A stretch of 60,569 nt of DNA from Candidatus Woesebacteria bacterium (GCA_020060845.1 JAGUZK010000043.1:1-60569); one strand, 5' to 3'; positions 31,275-40,415 are shown, counted from the first letter of the stretch. Notes: generated by a model from the sequence alone, not told the origin. Made by a program: numbers and translations.

Positions 31275-31526
31275 CTAAATATATTGTGGTGATGACAGTA
31301 ACCACCGTGACACACACTGCCAAGCTATTTGATAGACAAACCAGATAGAGTCGTTTTTAAAAAATTTGCATCCTCGCATACGGTTTGGTGGGTTGCGGTT
31401 AATTTTAGAAAACTGCCGGTTAAACCAGTAAAATGTTTCACCAAGGCTTCGTATCAACCAAAAAACGGAGATTAGTAAAAGAAACAGTAACCAGTCATTC
31501 AATAAGTAAGCAAGGGTGGAAGACAA
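31275..31526 (-). CDS. Hypothetical small membrane protein
   Basis: 83-aa ORF with one clear hydrophobic helix. Weak call. Confidence 0.3.
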   Translation of the reverse strand: MSSTLAYLLNDWLLFLLLISVFWLIRSLGETFYWFNRQFSKINRNPPNRMRGCKFFKNDSIWFVYQIAWQCVSRWLLSSPQYI

Positions 31527-31990
31527 AGACTAAAAGAGACCGAAGATAACTGCATCGCCCCATACAAAAATTCCCATCCAAAACAACCATGGGGTTTGAC
31601 CGTAGGTGTTGTCTTTCCTGGCTGACTCATACGCCTTTTATAAAAGCAAGAAAAGATAATAGGTTGTAAACAATGAGAGTGTCTGTTTGCCAAAATTTCA
31701 TTTTAGTAATGTGTGAGTATCATACATCTACCTGTACTTTGTTTACACTTGCTCTGAAATATTTGGCTGCCTAGTAAAGATAGTAGCGGCATTAGAGAAG
31801 ATTGTTAAGGCTTTTGAAGATACTCTATTCATGTTCAATTAATCAAGGAGTGATGGGAAGAAATTAAGACACTACAAATTCCTCAAACAACAATGGCGTT
31901 TGCATAATAATATCTTGATGGTTATCCCATATGAATAGGAGTTCATAAAAGTTGAAAAATGTGTAATGATATAATTTAAATGCAAACTAT

Positions 31991-32293
31991 TTGGCTGTCA
32001 AAGAAATTATGATAAATTCGGAACCGTTCACGATGGAATTTAAGATTGGGGCAGCCGAACCAGCCAGAGAACCAGTCGTAGTTGAAAGCAGGATTAGTAG
32101 AGATGCGAGAGAATCTCGTGGAATGGAAATCTTGAACGAGATTTATCCGGAAGCCCAATTGGCCCAAGTTACATACAAATATGGATGGGATTATGACAGG
32201 CCAAACAATGGGTTTGATCCAGCAACAAAAAAAATTATAATCACTTTGGACGTGGACTATGTAGAAGAGGAGATGGCAGCATGTTCTATCTGA
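31991..32293 (+). CDS. Hypothetical protein
   Basis: 100-aa ORF immediately upstream of 32298-33119. Confidence 0.4.
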   Translation: MAVKEIMINSEPFTMEFKIGAAEPAREPVVVESRISRDARESRGMEILNEIYPEAQLAQVTYKYGWDYDRPNNGFDPATKKIIITLDVDYVEEEMAACSI

Positions 32294-32297
32294 CACT

Positions 32298-33119
32298 TTG
32301 TCATGTAGAGCTAATGTGAAAGAGGCTTTGGAAAAATTATGTGCAGAAGGAGGAATACCTATCCAACTAAAATTACAGTTATCAAATGTTGCCAAGAAAT
32401 TAGCCAGCAACCCAGACGTAATAGGGGATAAAAGCGAGGAACTTCACAACATCTCATATTTGGGCTTTGAGCAAGTGAAGGAGTTAGTCGATGCCAATAT
32501 TGGCGATGAACCAAGGAGGCAAGAAATATTTCGTGCGATTTATGGCGAGGCACTAGCCAAGTCACCATTTGCGATAACTACGATAGAGGGTGGTAAAGGA
32601 AAAGTGGGAACAACTGATATTGAAATCCATGAAAGAACCCATTTCGTCATCGACCGAATTTTTCCTACTCATTTACCTAACATAGAAGAATTAGGGAGAG
32701 TGGAAAGAATTAGATCTCAATTTTTTGAGGATGAACCTTTTCGTGTCGAATATTATTCAGTTACTGATACAGAGGGCAAAGAACTGGAAAATGAGGAACT
32801 TGTTCAAATTAACCATAAACTGATGACTCTGGTTATAAGCGTTGTTAGTGATAACCCACTAGTTCAAGAAGAGTACAAAAAAGATGCGATAAGGAACGCC
32901 AGAGATGAAGTTGTTACAATCACGATTGGGAGTATGGCAGAAGAAAAACCCTACCATTTGGAGTCAGTGGAATTTATTAAATACGCAACAAGCGGATGTC
33001 ACTATTTTGATCGTGACCCAAATTTGGATATTGATCAATTGAGAAAGAGGATAGAAAGTGCAGATACTACAGATGAAAAAAGACGAGTGATTACGGATTA
33101 CTTACGAAATGGGTTTTAA
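32298..33119 (+). CDS. Hypothetical protein with HExxH motif
   Basis: 273-aa ORF. EIHERTHFV contains H-E-x-x-H, which may be a metallopeptidase-like site. No other support. Confidence 0.45.
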   Translation: MSCRANVKEALEKLCAEGGIPIQLKLQLSNVAKKLASNPDVIGDKSEELHNISYLGFEQVKELVDANIGDEPRRQEIFRAIYGEALAKSPFAITTIEGGKGKVGTTDIEIHERTHFVIDRIFPTHLPNIEELGRVERIRSQFFEDEPFRVEYYSVTDTEGKELENEELVQINHKLMTLVISVVSDNPLVQEEYKKDAIRNARDEVVTITIGSMAEEKPYHLESVEFIKYATSGCHYFDRDPNLDIDQLRKRIESADTTDEKRRVITDYLRNGF

Positions 33120-33171
33120 CAAAAGAAGGTAACTAATATATGCTCGGCTAAGCTGAGAAAAAATCGCGCGC

Positions 33172-33208
33172 GCAAAAAATAGTTGCCATGATTTATCAAT
33201 CATGGCAA
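33172..33208 (-). terminator. Intrinsic-terminator-like hairpin (minus strand)
   Basis: Perfect 10-bp stem TTGCCATGAT/ATCATGGCAA. On the minus strand it is followed by CTATTTTTT, downstream of tRNA-Gln and repeat copy B. Confidence 0.5.
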
Positions 33209-33240
33209 AAACTGTCGTCTCGAACTTCTTTTTAAAGGAT

Positions 33241-33316
33241 CGGCGGCTCTCCGCAAGTTTCAAAAAGGCCCAATTTGCGCACTTGCTGCGGAGGTGGGTA
33301 CGGCAAGCGCTACCTC
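33241..33316. repeat. Copy B of the imperfect direct repeat (truncated duplicate of the 30915-31199 gene start)
   Basis: Retains GGAGG-N6-TTG and the RKLGLF codons. A 2-nt shorter A-run shifts the frame to a stop after ~24 codons. Confidence 0.65.
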
Positions 33317-33338
33317 CTCGCGGCTTTCTTCTTCTTAG

Positions 33339-33412
33339 TGGCTGCGGGACTAGGATTCGAACCTAGATACTGGGATCCAAAGTCCCATGTCCTACCATTA
33401 GACGATCCCGCA
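33339..33412 (-). tRNA. tRNA-Gln (anticodon UUG), CCA encoded
   Basis: The reverse complement folds as a cloverleaf: acceptor UGCGGGA/UCCCGCA (U1:A72), anticodon loop CUUUGGA, T-arm CUAGG-UUCGAAU-CCUAG, G73-CCA. Confidence 0.9.
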
Positions 33413-33519
33413 AAGAAATTCAAGTAACCCAATTATAGCAAAAGAAAGCTTGAGATGTTAAAATAGCATTATTCATCACAAGATCTGATTAAGGTCTTAT
33501 CTGTTACTTATTAGTTTGG

Positions 33520-33591
33520 GGCCCCGTAGCTCAATGGCAGAGCAACAGCCTTTTAAGCTGATGGTTGGAGGTTCGAGCCCTCCCGGGGTCA
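33520..33591 (+). tRNA. tRNA-Lys (anticodon UUU)
   Basis: Acceptor GGCCCCG/CGGGGUC, D-arm GCUC..GAGC, anticodon loop CUUUUAA, T-arm GGAGG-UUCGAGC-CCUCC. CCA is not encoded. Confidence 0.85.
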
Positions 33592-33595
33592 CAAA

Positions 33596-33670
33596 GGCCC
33601 TATCGTCTAATGGTTAGGACGGCACCCTTTCAAGGTGTAAACCCGGGTTCGACTCCCGGTAGGGTCACCA
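33596..33670 (+). tRNA. tRNA-Glu (anticodon UUC), CCA encoded
   Basis: Acceptor GGCCCUA/UAGGGUC, anticodon loop CUUUCAA, T-arm CCGGG-UUCGACU-CCCGG, A73-CCA. Confidence 0.9.
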
Positions 33671-33777
33671 TTTTGGAAATTGCAAAAGGGATTTAGGCAT
33701 TGTTGCGATGGCAAAGCTAAAATCCGTTGGGATTTTGCATAATTTTGAGTGGTCCTTAGCTGAAAGAGGAGTAATAA

Positions 33778-34602
33778 CTATTGAATATTTTCCCTTGCTA
33801 AATCCTTGACAGTATTAAGCTCATCTAGTCTTAGGCGGAAGACTTCTGTATTTCCGTCTGGCATTTTTAAGATATCTTCTGCATCCGAGAGAAATCTATT
33901 TACCATATCCTTATATTTATTGTCTTTTGCAAAATGTTCAGCTGTCCTTATTTCAATTCCAGATTTCCAGACTGCCCAAGTATAGTAATTCTTTTCCTTC
34001 AACCATTTTCCTTCGTCAGAGTTATCATAGTCTTCTAAAACTTTTACTGCCAGCGCCAGCCCTTCTTCAATCTTGCCCTGTTTTACTAAGGAGTACGAAA
34101 GAAAGCCCTCGATTTCTAATCTATGAAATCTTTCCTCTATCTTTGTACATTGGTGAATAAGGTCAAGTCCTTGTCTATAGTATCTCTCAGATTCTTCGTA
34201 TTTTGCTTTATATTCTTCGGACTTTCCCAGAAATCTAAAAACTCTTGCCCTGACAACTAAATCAAGCTCATTGCTGTTTGCTTCGGCGTATTCTTTTAGG
34301 GCCTTTGAGGTATCTTCCATTATCGATAACCCTTCATTCAGCCTGTTATTATCTGCTTCTTGTCCCTTAGATTTCTCTTCCATAACCATGTGCTGTGCAC
34401 AGAGGAATTCCTCCTCAAGAAGCTGGACAATTGCGGCTTTGTTGCCCAGTTTTTCTACAAACTCACGGACTTTGTGGATATAGGGGATTAAAGTTTCTGA
34501 ACTTCCTTTTTGTTCTCTCTTAATTCCGATGGAAACTAGAATTGCCGTCAGGTTTTCTTGTGTTATCTCTTCGGGTCTGGCAAGATTGTTTCTGTCTCCC
34601 AT
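33778..34602 (-). CDS. Hypothetical helical-repeat (TPR-like) protein
   Basis: 274 aa. Repeated A/Y/L-rich helical pairs (YYRQGLDL..., SYSLVKQGKIEEGLALA...). Confidence 0.45.
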   Translation of the reverse strand: MGDRNNLARPEEITQENLTAILVSIGIKREQKGSSETLIPYIHKVREFVEKLGNKAAIVQLLEEEFLCAQHMVMEEKSKGQEADNNRLNEGLSIMEDTSKALKEYAEANSNELDLVVRARVFRFLGKSEEYKAKYEESERYYRQGLDLIHQCTKIEERFHRLEIEGFLSYSLVKQGKIEEGLALAVKVLEDYDNSDEGKWLKEKNYYTWAVWKSGIEIRTAEHFAKDNKYKDMVNRFLSDAEDILKMPDGNTEVFRLRLDELNTVKDLARENIQ

Positions 34603-34697
34603 ATTGGTATTTTAGAGATTGGGGGAGATATTTGTCAAATCTCCGTTTATTTTTCTCTCATTGATTTAACAAGTAGCAATTAGATACAATCAGGTTT

Positions 34698-35345
34698 GTG
34701 GAATTTATTGCCGCTATAGCTGATTTTGTCCTCCATATTGATGTCCATCTTGGGGAAATTATTGCTAAGTATGGGGTGCTGACCTTTTTGATACTTTTTA
34801 CTATAGTTTTTGCAGAAACAGGATTTGTGGTTACTCCGTTTTTGCCCGGTGATAGCCTACTTTTTGCAGCAGGTGCTTTTGCAGCCTTGGGTGATTTGAA
34901 TATCTTAATATTGGTTGTGGTTTTGACTGCGGCGGCTATTTTGGGAGATACCGCTAATTACTGGATAGGACATTTCTTTGGCCAAAAGATAGTCGATAAC
35001 CCTAAAATTCCATTTATAAACCAGGACCATATTGATAAAACCCAGGAGTTTTACAAAAAGCATGGCGGAAAAACTATTTTTCTTGCCCGTTTTGTGCCGA
35101 TTGTCCGCACATTTGCTCCGTTTGTTGCAGGGGTGGGAAAGATGCACTACGGCAAATTTATCTCTTATAATGTTTTTGGAGGAATTGTTTGGGTGTTTCT
35201 TTTTTCTTTTGCAGGATATTTTTTTGGCAACATACCAGCTATAAAACATAATTTCAGTTTAGTAATTGTTGGCATTATCCTAATATCGTTGGTGCCAATT
35301 GGCATTGAATTTATGAAATCAAGAGTGGGTAAAAATAATTCCTAG
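34698..35345 (+). CDS. DedA-family membrane protein
   Basis: VVTPFLPGDSLLFAAG and KTIFLARFVPIVRTFAPFVAG motifs. Confidence 0.85.
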   Translation: MEFIAAIADFVLHIDVHLGEIIAKYGVLTFLILFTIVFAETGFVVTPFLPGDSLLFAAGAFAALGDLNILILVVVLTAAAILGDTANYWIGHFFGQKIVDNPKIPFINQDHIDKTQEFYKKHGGKTIFLARFVPIVRTFAPFVAGVGKMHYGKFISYNVFGGIVWVFLFSFAGYFFGNIPAIKHNFSLVIVGIILISLVPIGIEFMKSRVGKNNS

Positions 35346-35462
35346 TTTGACTTACCAGTCCTTGCCATTTTTTGTGACTGTGATATAATGGGCGTATTCT
35401 GATCATTTAAGTAAGTTGGGTTTGCAAGTATTATGTGACAGAAGGCATTATAATAAAGATTA

Positions 35463-35484
35463 AACCGCCTTCTGGCGGTTTTTT
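35463..35484 (+). terminator. Rho-independent terminator downstream of the dedA-like gene
   Basis: AACCGCC-ttct-GGCGGTT followed by a T-run. Confidence 0.6.
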
Positions 35485-35544
35485 AATTTTAGCTCTTTGA
35501 AAACTTAAAAAAATGCATATTTTTCCTAAGCCTATTGGTTTAGG

Positions 35545-35564
35545 TCCAAAATATAGCTGGAAGC
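35545..35564 (+). other. 5' half of a 16S processing stem (partner 37251-37270)
   Basis: TCCAAAATATAGCTGGAAGC pairs with GCTTCCGGCTATATTTTGGA (19 Watson-Crick pairs plus 1 G-U). This is the RNase III-type stem geometry that brackets rRNAs. Confidence 0.6.
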
Positions 35565-35596
35565 GGTCCTTGAGGTCCAAACTAAAGTTTGGACAC

Positions 35597-37154
<1,558 letters not shown>

Positions 37155-37357
37155 CTAAGGAGTTGATTTCACGGCACTTGTGCTTTATGCACAAGCTGTG
37201 ACACACCCCCTTTTAATGTGAGGGTTTAAGGTTATAAAACTTCACAACCTGCTTCCGGCTATATTTTGGATATTAATGTTGCAGACTTGTAAGTTGTAAG
37301 AAAACTGCAAAATTGCCAGTTGGTGAGGCGGGTTTTTTCTCGACTATATAATCTCTT

Positions 37358-38368
37358 CTAGCTTGTTCTTTCCAAGTTTTTTGTGACGATGACACGACCT
37401 TGGTCGTCAGTTCTAAAGGTTACAATAACGGATGAACTGCCATTAAGCGGTTCACTTAAGAATAGACGAATCTTGCCCTCATTTTCCAAGAATTCATAAT
37501 TGGTATATGTCACTATCATTCCTTCTAAGAACTCAAGGTTCTTAACTTTTTCGTAATCTTCATCATTTTGGCTTTCTTTGGGATAAATAATGTAAATTTT
37601 TTTGATGTCCTTGTCTATTACAGTTATCACAAATATTTCTTTATCGTTTAGAACCGGAAAACTTCTGTGATCTCCTTTTATTTCCTTAACTGTGCTATCA
37701 ATATTTTTTGCCTCGGATTGGTGTAGTTCAATGCCACCTGATTGCCAGCCTACTTCTAGAAGTTTTGATTTTTTGGAAAAGATTTGAATATCGTATAAGT
37801 AATAATCATTTCTAACAGATGTAAGGAGTTCGTTTGTATCAAGCACTAATTTGTAAATGTAGTCATCGTCTTCATACTCATAACTATCAGGATTTTGAGA
37901 AAAATAAAGTTTACGTTTAAGGTCCTTTATGTCATATTGAAGGTGATTCAGGTTGGCTCTTATTTCATAGATATCAGAAGAAAAATTTTTTGAAGTCATT
38001 TTTTCTAAAATGTAATCTTCGATTGAAGGATAAATTAATATCGCAAACAGAAGTAGGGTAGTAATAGCAATAAGTGACATATAGATAAGATTGAGGGTCG
38101 AGAGTATCAGTGTTTTTAATAGTTCAAATTTTGCTAAGGCTGATGATAATTTTTTAATAAAACCAATTTCACGAAAAGATATCCTTATCTTTAATATAGA
38201 CTTAGCTATAAAGTAAATAATGAAATAAAAATAAACGATTGCGTTAATTACGATAAATGCTCCAAAAAAAGGTGGGCTTTTGCTCTCAGTTAAAAGGAAA
38301 ATCAAAACATATGTTGCGGAAGAGAAGAAAAATAAGGCAAAGAAAGGGTACATAAGTAAATATAGCAT
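37358..38368 (-). CDS. Hypothetical membrane protein (about 4 N-terminal TM helices plus a soluble acidic C-terminal domain)
   Basis: 336-aa, very AT-rich ORF at the 16S-proximal edge of the island. No motif recognised. Confidence 0.55.
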   Translation of the reverse strand: MLYLLMYPFFALFFFSSATYVLIFLLTESKSPPFFGAFIVINAIVYFYFIIYFIAKSILKIRISFREIGFIKKLSSALAKFELLKTLILSTLNLIYMSLIAITTLLLFAILIYPSIEDYILEKMTSKNFSSDIYEIRANLNHLQYDIKDLKRKLYFSQNPDSYEYEDDDYIYKLVLDTNELLTSVRNDYYLYDIQIFSKKSKLLEVGWQSGGIELHQSEAKNIDSTVKEIKGDHRSFPVLNDKEIFVITVIDKDIKKIYIIYPKESQNDEDYEKVKNLEFLEGMIVTYTNYEFLENEGKIRLFLSEPLNGSSSVIVTFRTDDQGRVIVTKNLERTS

Positions 38369-38606
38369 AAACTATACCTGAGAGAAAAAAGAGGATAATG
38401 ATTATTTTGAAGCAAGGTCTTACTCAGGCAAAGAAGTATCTAGATCAGTTATCGGTGCGGGTAAAACAGAAGAAAATAAGCAGTGGATTGAGGATTTTTC
38501 TTATTTTGTAATTGTGGCGGAGAAAAGTCCTGTCAGGCAGGTGAAATTGCCTGGCTAACGAGTGATAATCCTCTGTTTTATGGCTAGGGTTTTTTGATGT
38601 TTAAAA

Positions 38607-38697
38607 GCGCGGAGGCTAAAAGGCTGACCCGCTTTCCCGGATCTAACCCCGGGACGGCGGACTGCTTTAGAGGCTTTTTGCCCAGTAGCCCCCGCAC
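38607..38697 (-). ncRNA. Candidate structured RNA (unclassified)
   Basis: On the minus strand, GUGCGGGGG pairs with CCUCCGCGC and GUCCGC with GCGGGU. Both include G-U pairs that become A-C mismatches on the plus strand. The inner hairpin is CCCGG-N8-CCGGG. Confidence 0.3.
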
Positions 38698-39151
38698 TTT
38701 TGGATACCAATCTTATCTCAATTATACCTTAAAATAGAAAAATTTCGACTACCTTATTTGGTTTTGTCCACGAAAGCCATCTTTAGCTAGTTGAGGCAGG
38801 CGAGTGTTTTCCTTTTCGATGGATTTCTTCAAGAGCTTCAATTTTTTTCGACTGGATGTCTTTATTCGCGCACCGCTGTTACTTCTTTTGATATAGGATC
38901 AATTTGTACAAGAAGATCACTTATTAGCTTTGTTGTATGTCTCTCAAGTTTTCCTTCAAGTTTAGCTACTTGTGTATAGGGAACCTCTTGCTCTGACAAT
39001 AATTTACTTATAACTTCACTTTGCTTTGCGACAAGCCGGCTCGAGTCAACAAGAATAGTAAATTGTTATACTTTTTATTAAGCCATTTAAGGATTTTCTT
39101 TGTCAACGATAGTTTTTCAAGATGTGATGCCAAGTTTCCGATTTATGATAG

Positions 39152-39225
39152 CCACAGTTTCGTCCCAGCCAAATAGCGAATATCCAGCGGGACTCATCAG
39201 TCCAGTGATTAAGTGGAGACTGTAG
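39152..39225 (-). ncRNA. Type III hammerhead ribozyme motif (HHR-1)
   Basis: Reverse complement: (CU)ACAGUC / UCCA-CUUAAUCAC-UGGA / CUGAUGA / GUCCC-...-GGGAC / GAAA / CUGU(GG). All core positions are present. Stems I and II are loop-closed and stem III is open. Confidence 0.8.
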
Positions 39226-39586
39226 CATTTAGGTAAAGGTATTACATTGGAGTGCGGAGAAGGAGATTGATTTGCGAAGATATAAAAAATTAATGATGCA
39301 AAATGGTTGCATCTTCGCGCTTCAACACTCTGCAGCTCTCACGCACTCCATGGCTATCCCCAGGCACCTTTTCCGAGCCCGCTTTGGACTAATAGGTATT
39401 TCGCCTAAAGACTTTTATAAGCCTAGATTTTATGATCCATTTTTCACCGAAAGCTTTCGGGGTATCACAACTGCCTGCAAACAGTTTCGTGACAAGGATA
39501 TTTGTTTGAGTACTACCTGCGTTCTTTTTCCTTCACCTCAGGGCCAGGTTAGAGGAATGGGGGAAAAACGCCAGATGTCGCCCGAA

Positions 39587-39745
39587 CTAAATCATTTCCG
39601 GAGACCCCATCGCGCAGAAAGCTGCGAGTGCGATAGTAACTGCAATTGCCAAAAAGACCGCAGCAATTTTTTGCGATTTACCTGCAGTCAAGATGGCCAA
39701 GACTGCAGAAACAAGTGCGATTACCAAAAGCCAATTCGCGTTCAT
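39587..39745 (-). CDS. 52-aa two-TM hydrophobic peptide inside the ribozyme-bounded cassette
   Basis: AAAGGAG, 5 nt, then ATG. Translation MNANWLLVIALVSAVLAILTAGKSQKIAAVFLAIAVTIALAAFCAMGSPEMI. It falls below the 60-aa cutoff of the ORF track. Confidence 0.5.
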   Translation of the reverse strand: MNANWLLVIALVSAVLAILTAGKSQKIAAVFLAIAVTIALAAFCAMGSPEMI

Positions 39746-39894
39746 GTTTTCTCCTTTTTGTTAATGTTATGATGAGTATCTTGGTTAATCATCCAATCCT
39801 TCTAAAAAAGCGAGGATTATCACGTACAATATCATCAGATACAACTTGACTCCCTCAAAGGAATTAAATTCCAACTCGCTATTTTAACGAACTA

Positions 39895-39962
39895 ACAGTT
39901 TCGTCCCAGCCAAATAGCGAATATCCAGCGGGACTCATCAGTTCGGCTATGCCGAAGACTGT
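39895..39962 (-). ncRNA. Type III hammerhead ribozyme motif (HHR-2)
   Basis: Reverse complement: ACAGUC / UUCGGC-AUA-GCCGAA / CUGAUGA / GUCCC-...-GGGAC / GAAA / CUGU. The core is complete and stem I has 6 bp. Confidence 0.88.
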
Positions 39963-40150
39963 GTATGAGGAGCTTGATGAAAGAAAATGAAACGTAAATA
40001 AATAATTGCTAATAATAGAAAAAATTTATTGGTTGGGATTTGCATTCCCTTGCTTCATTTAGATTCAAACAAGCTCCTCTGGGAGGAGGGAATTACGGTT
40101 GGCCCCGTAGGCTTTGCTTTCTTAGCCTACAGGGCCAATGCCGTTTCAAA

Positions 40151-40270
40151 TTACAAACCTAAAGCGCTTTGAATGACCGGAATTAATGGAACCACTACGG
40201 TCATCCAACAGGCCACTGTGGCTGCAGCCAATAAGGCGCAGGCTGCGGCGAACTTAACTACTGGCGGCAT
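40151..40270 (-). CDS. 39-aa hydrophobic peptide
   Basis: GGAGG, 8 nt, then ATG. Translation MPPVVKFAAACALLAAATVACWMTVVVPLIPVIQSALGL. Followed by a 14-bp interrupted hairpin (40101-40140). Confidence 0.45.
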   Translation of the reverse strand: MPPVVKFAAACALLAAATVACWMTVVVPLIPVIQSALGL

Positions 40271-40415
40271 GGTTTTTACCTCCTTCCTTTTCTAGTATGA
40301 AAAACCATGGGTGCAGCTAAGCTTTTTAGCTAAACTCAAAGTTCTTCAATCTAATTTTTTAAATGTGCTAAGTAATCTTTTAGATTTCGACAAATGTCAA
40401 AATCTAAAACTTACT

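Noticed and set aside
38457-38800. Possible RNase P RNA, because GGAGAAAAGTCCTG resembles the CR-I block GAGGAAAGUCC and TGTCCACGA occurs at about 38767
   Set aside because: The universal ACAGAANNCGGCUUA (CR-IV/V) partner is absent. The P8-like UAACG lies outside a hairpin loop. The best helices favour the opposite strand. There is not enough to call rnpB.
38800-39010. Minus-strand coiled-coil-like frame (…SEQEVPYTQVAKLEGKLERHTTKLISDLLVQIDPISKEVTAVRE) and the 62-aa plus-strand ORF 38791-38979
   Set aside because: The minus frame lacks a good start (only an internal TTG) and looks like a gene fragment. The plus-strand ORF has no SD and an implausible sequence.
39481-39493. Third copy of ACAGTTTCGT (minus strand: ACGAAACUGU) as a possible third hammerhead
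   Set aside because: No CUGAUGA box is present in the required position; the nearest is CUGAGGUGA. The 10-mer instead forms part of a local hairpin.
39272-39772. 166-aa plus-strand ORF (with a smaller one at 39646-39849) lying between the two hammerheads
   Set aside because: It runs antisense to the ribozymes and to the SD-led 52-aa peptide. Its translation is Arg/Cys/Phe-rich and looks like the reverse-frame shadow of an Ala/Leu-rich gene. It does have AAGGAG-6nt-TTG in front, so it is not fully excluded, but I consider it spurious.
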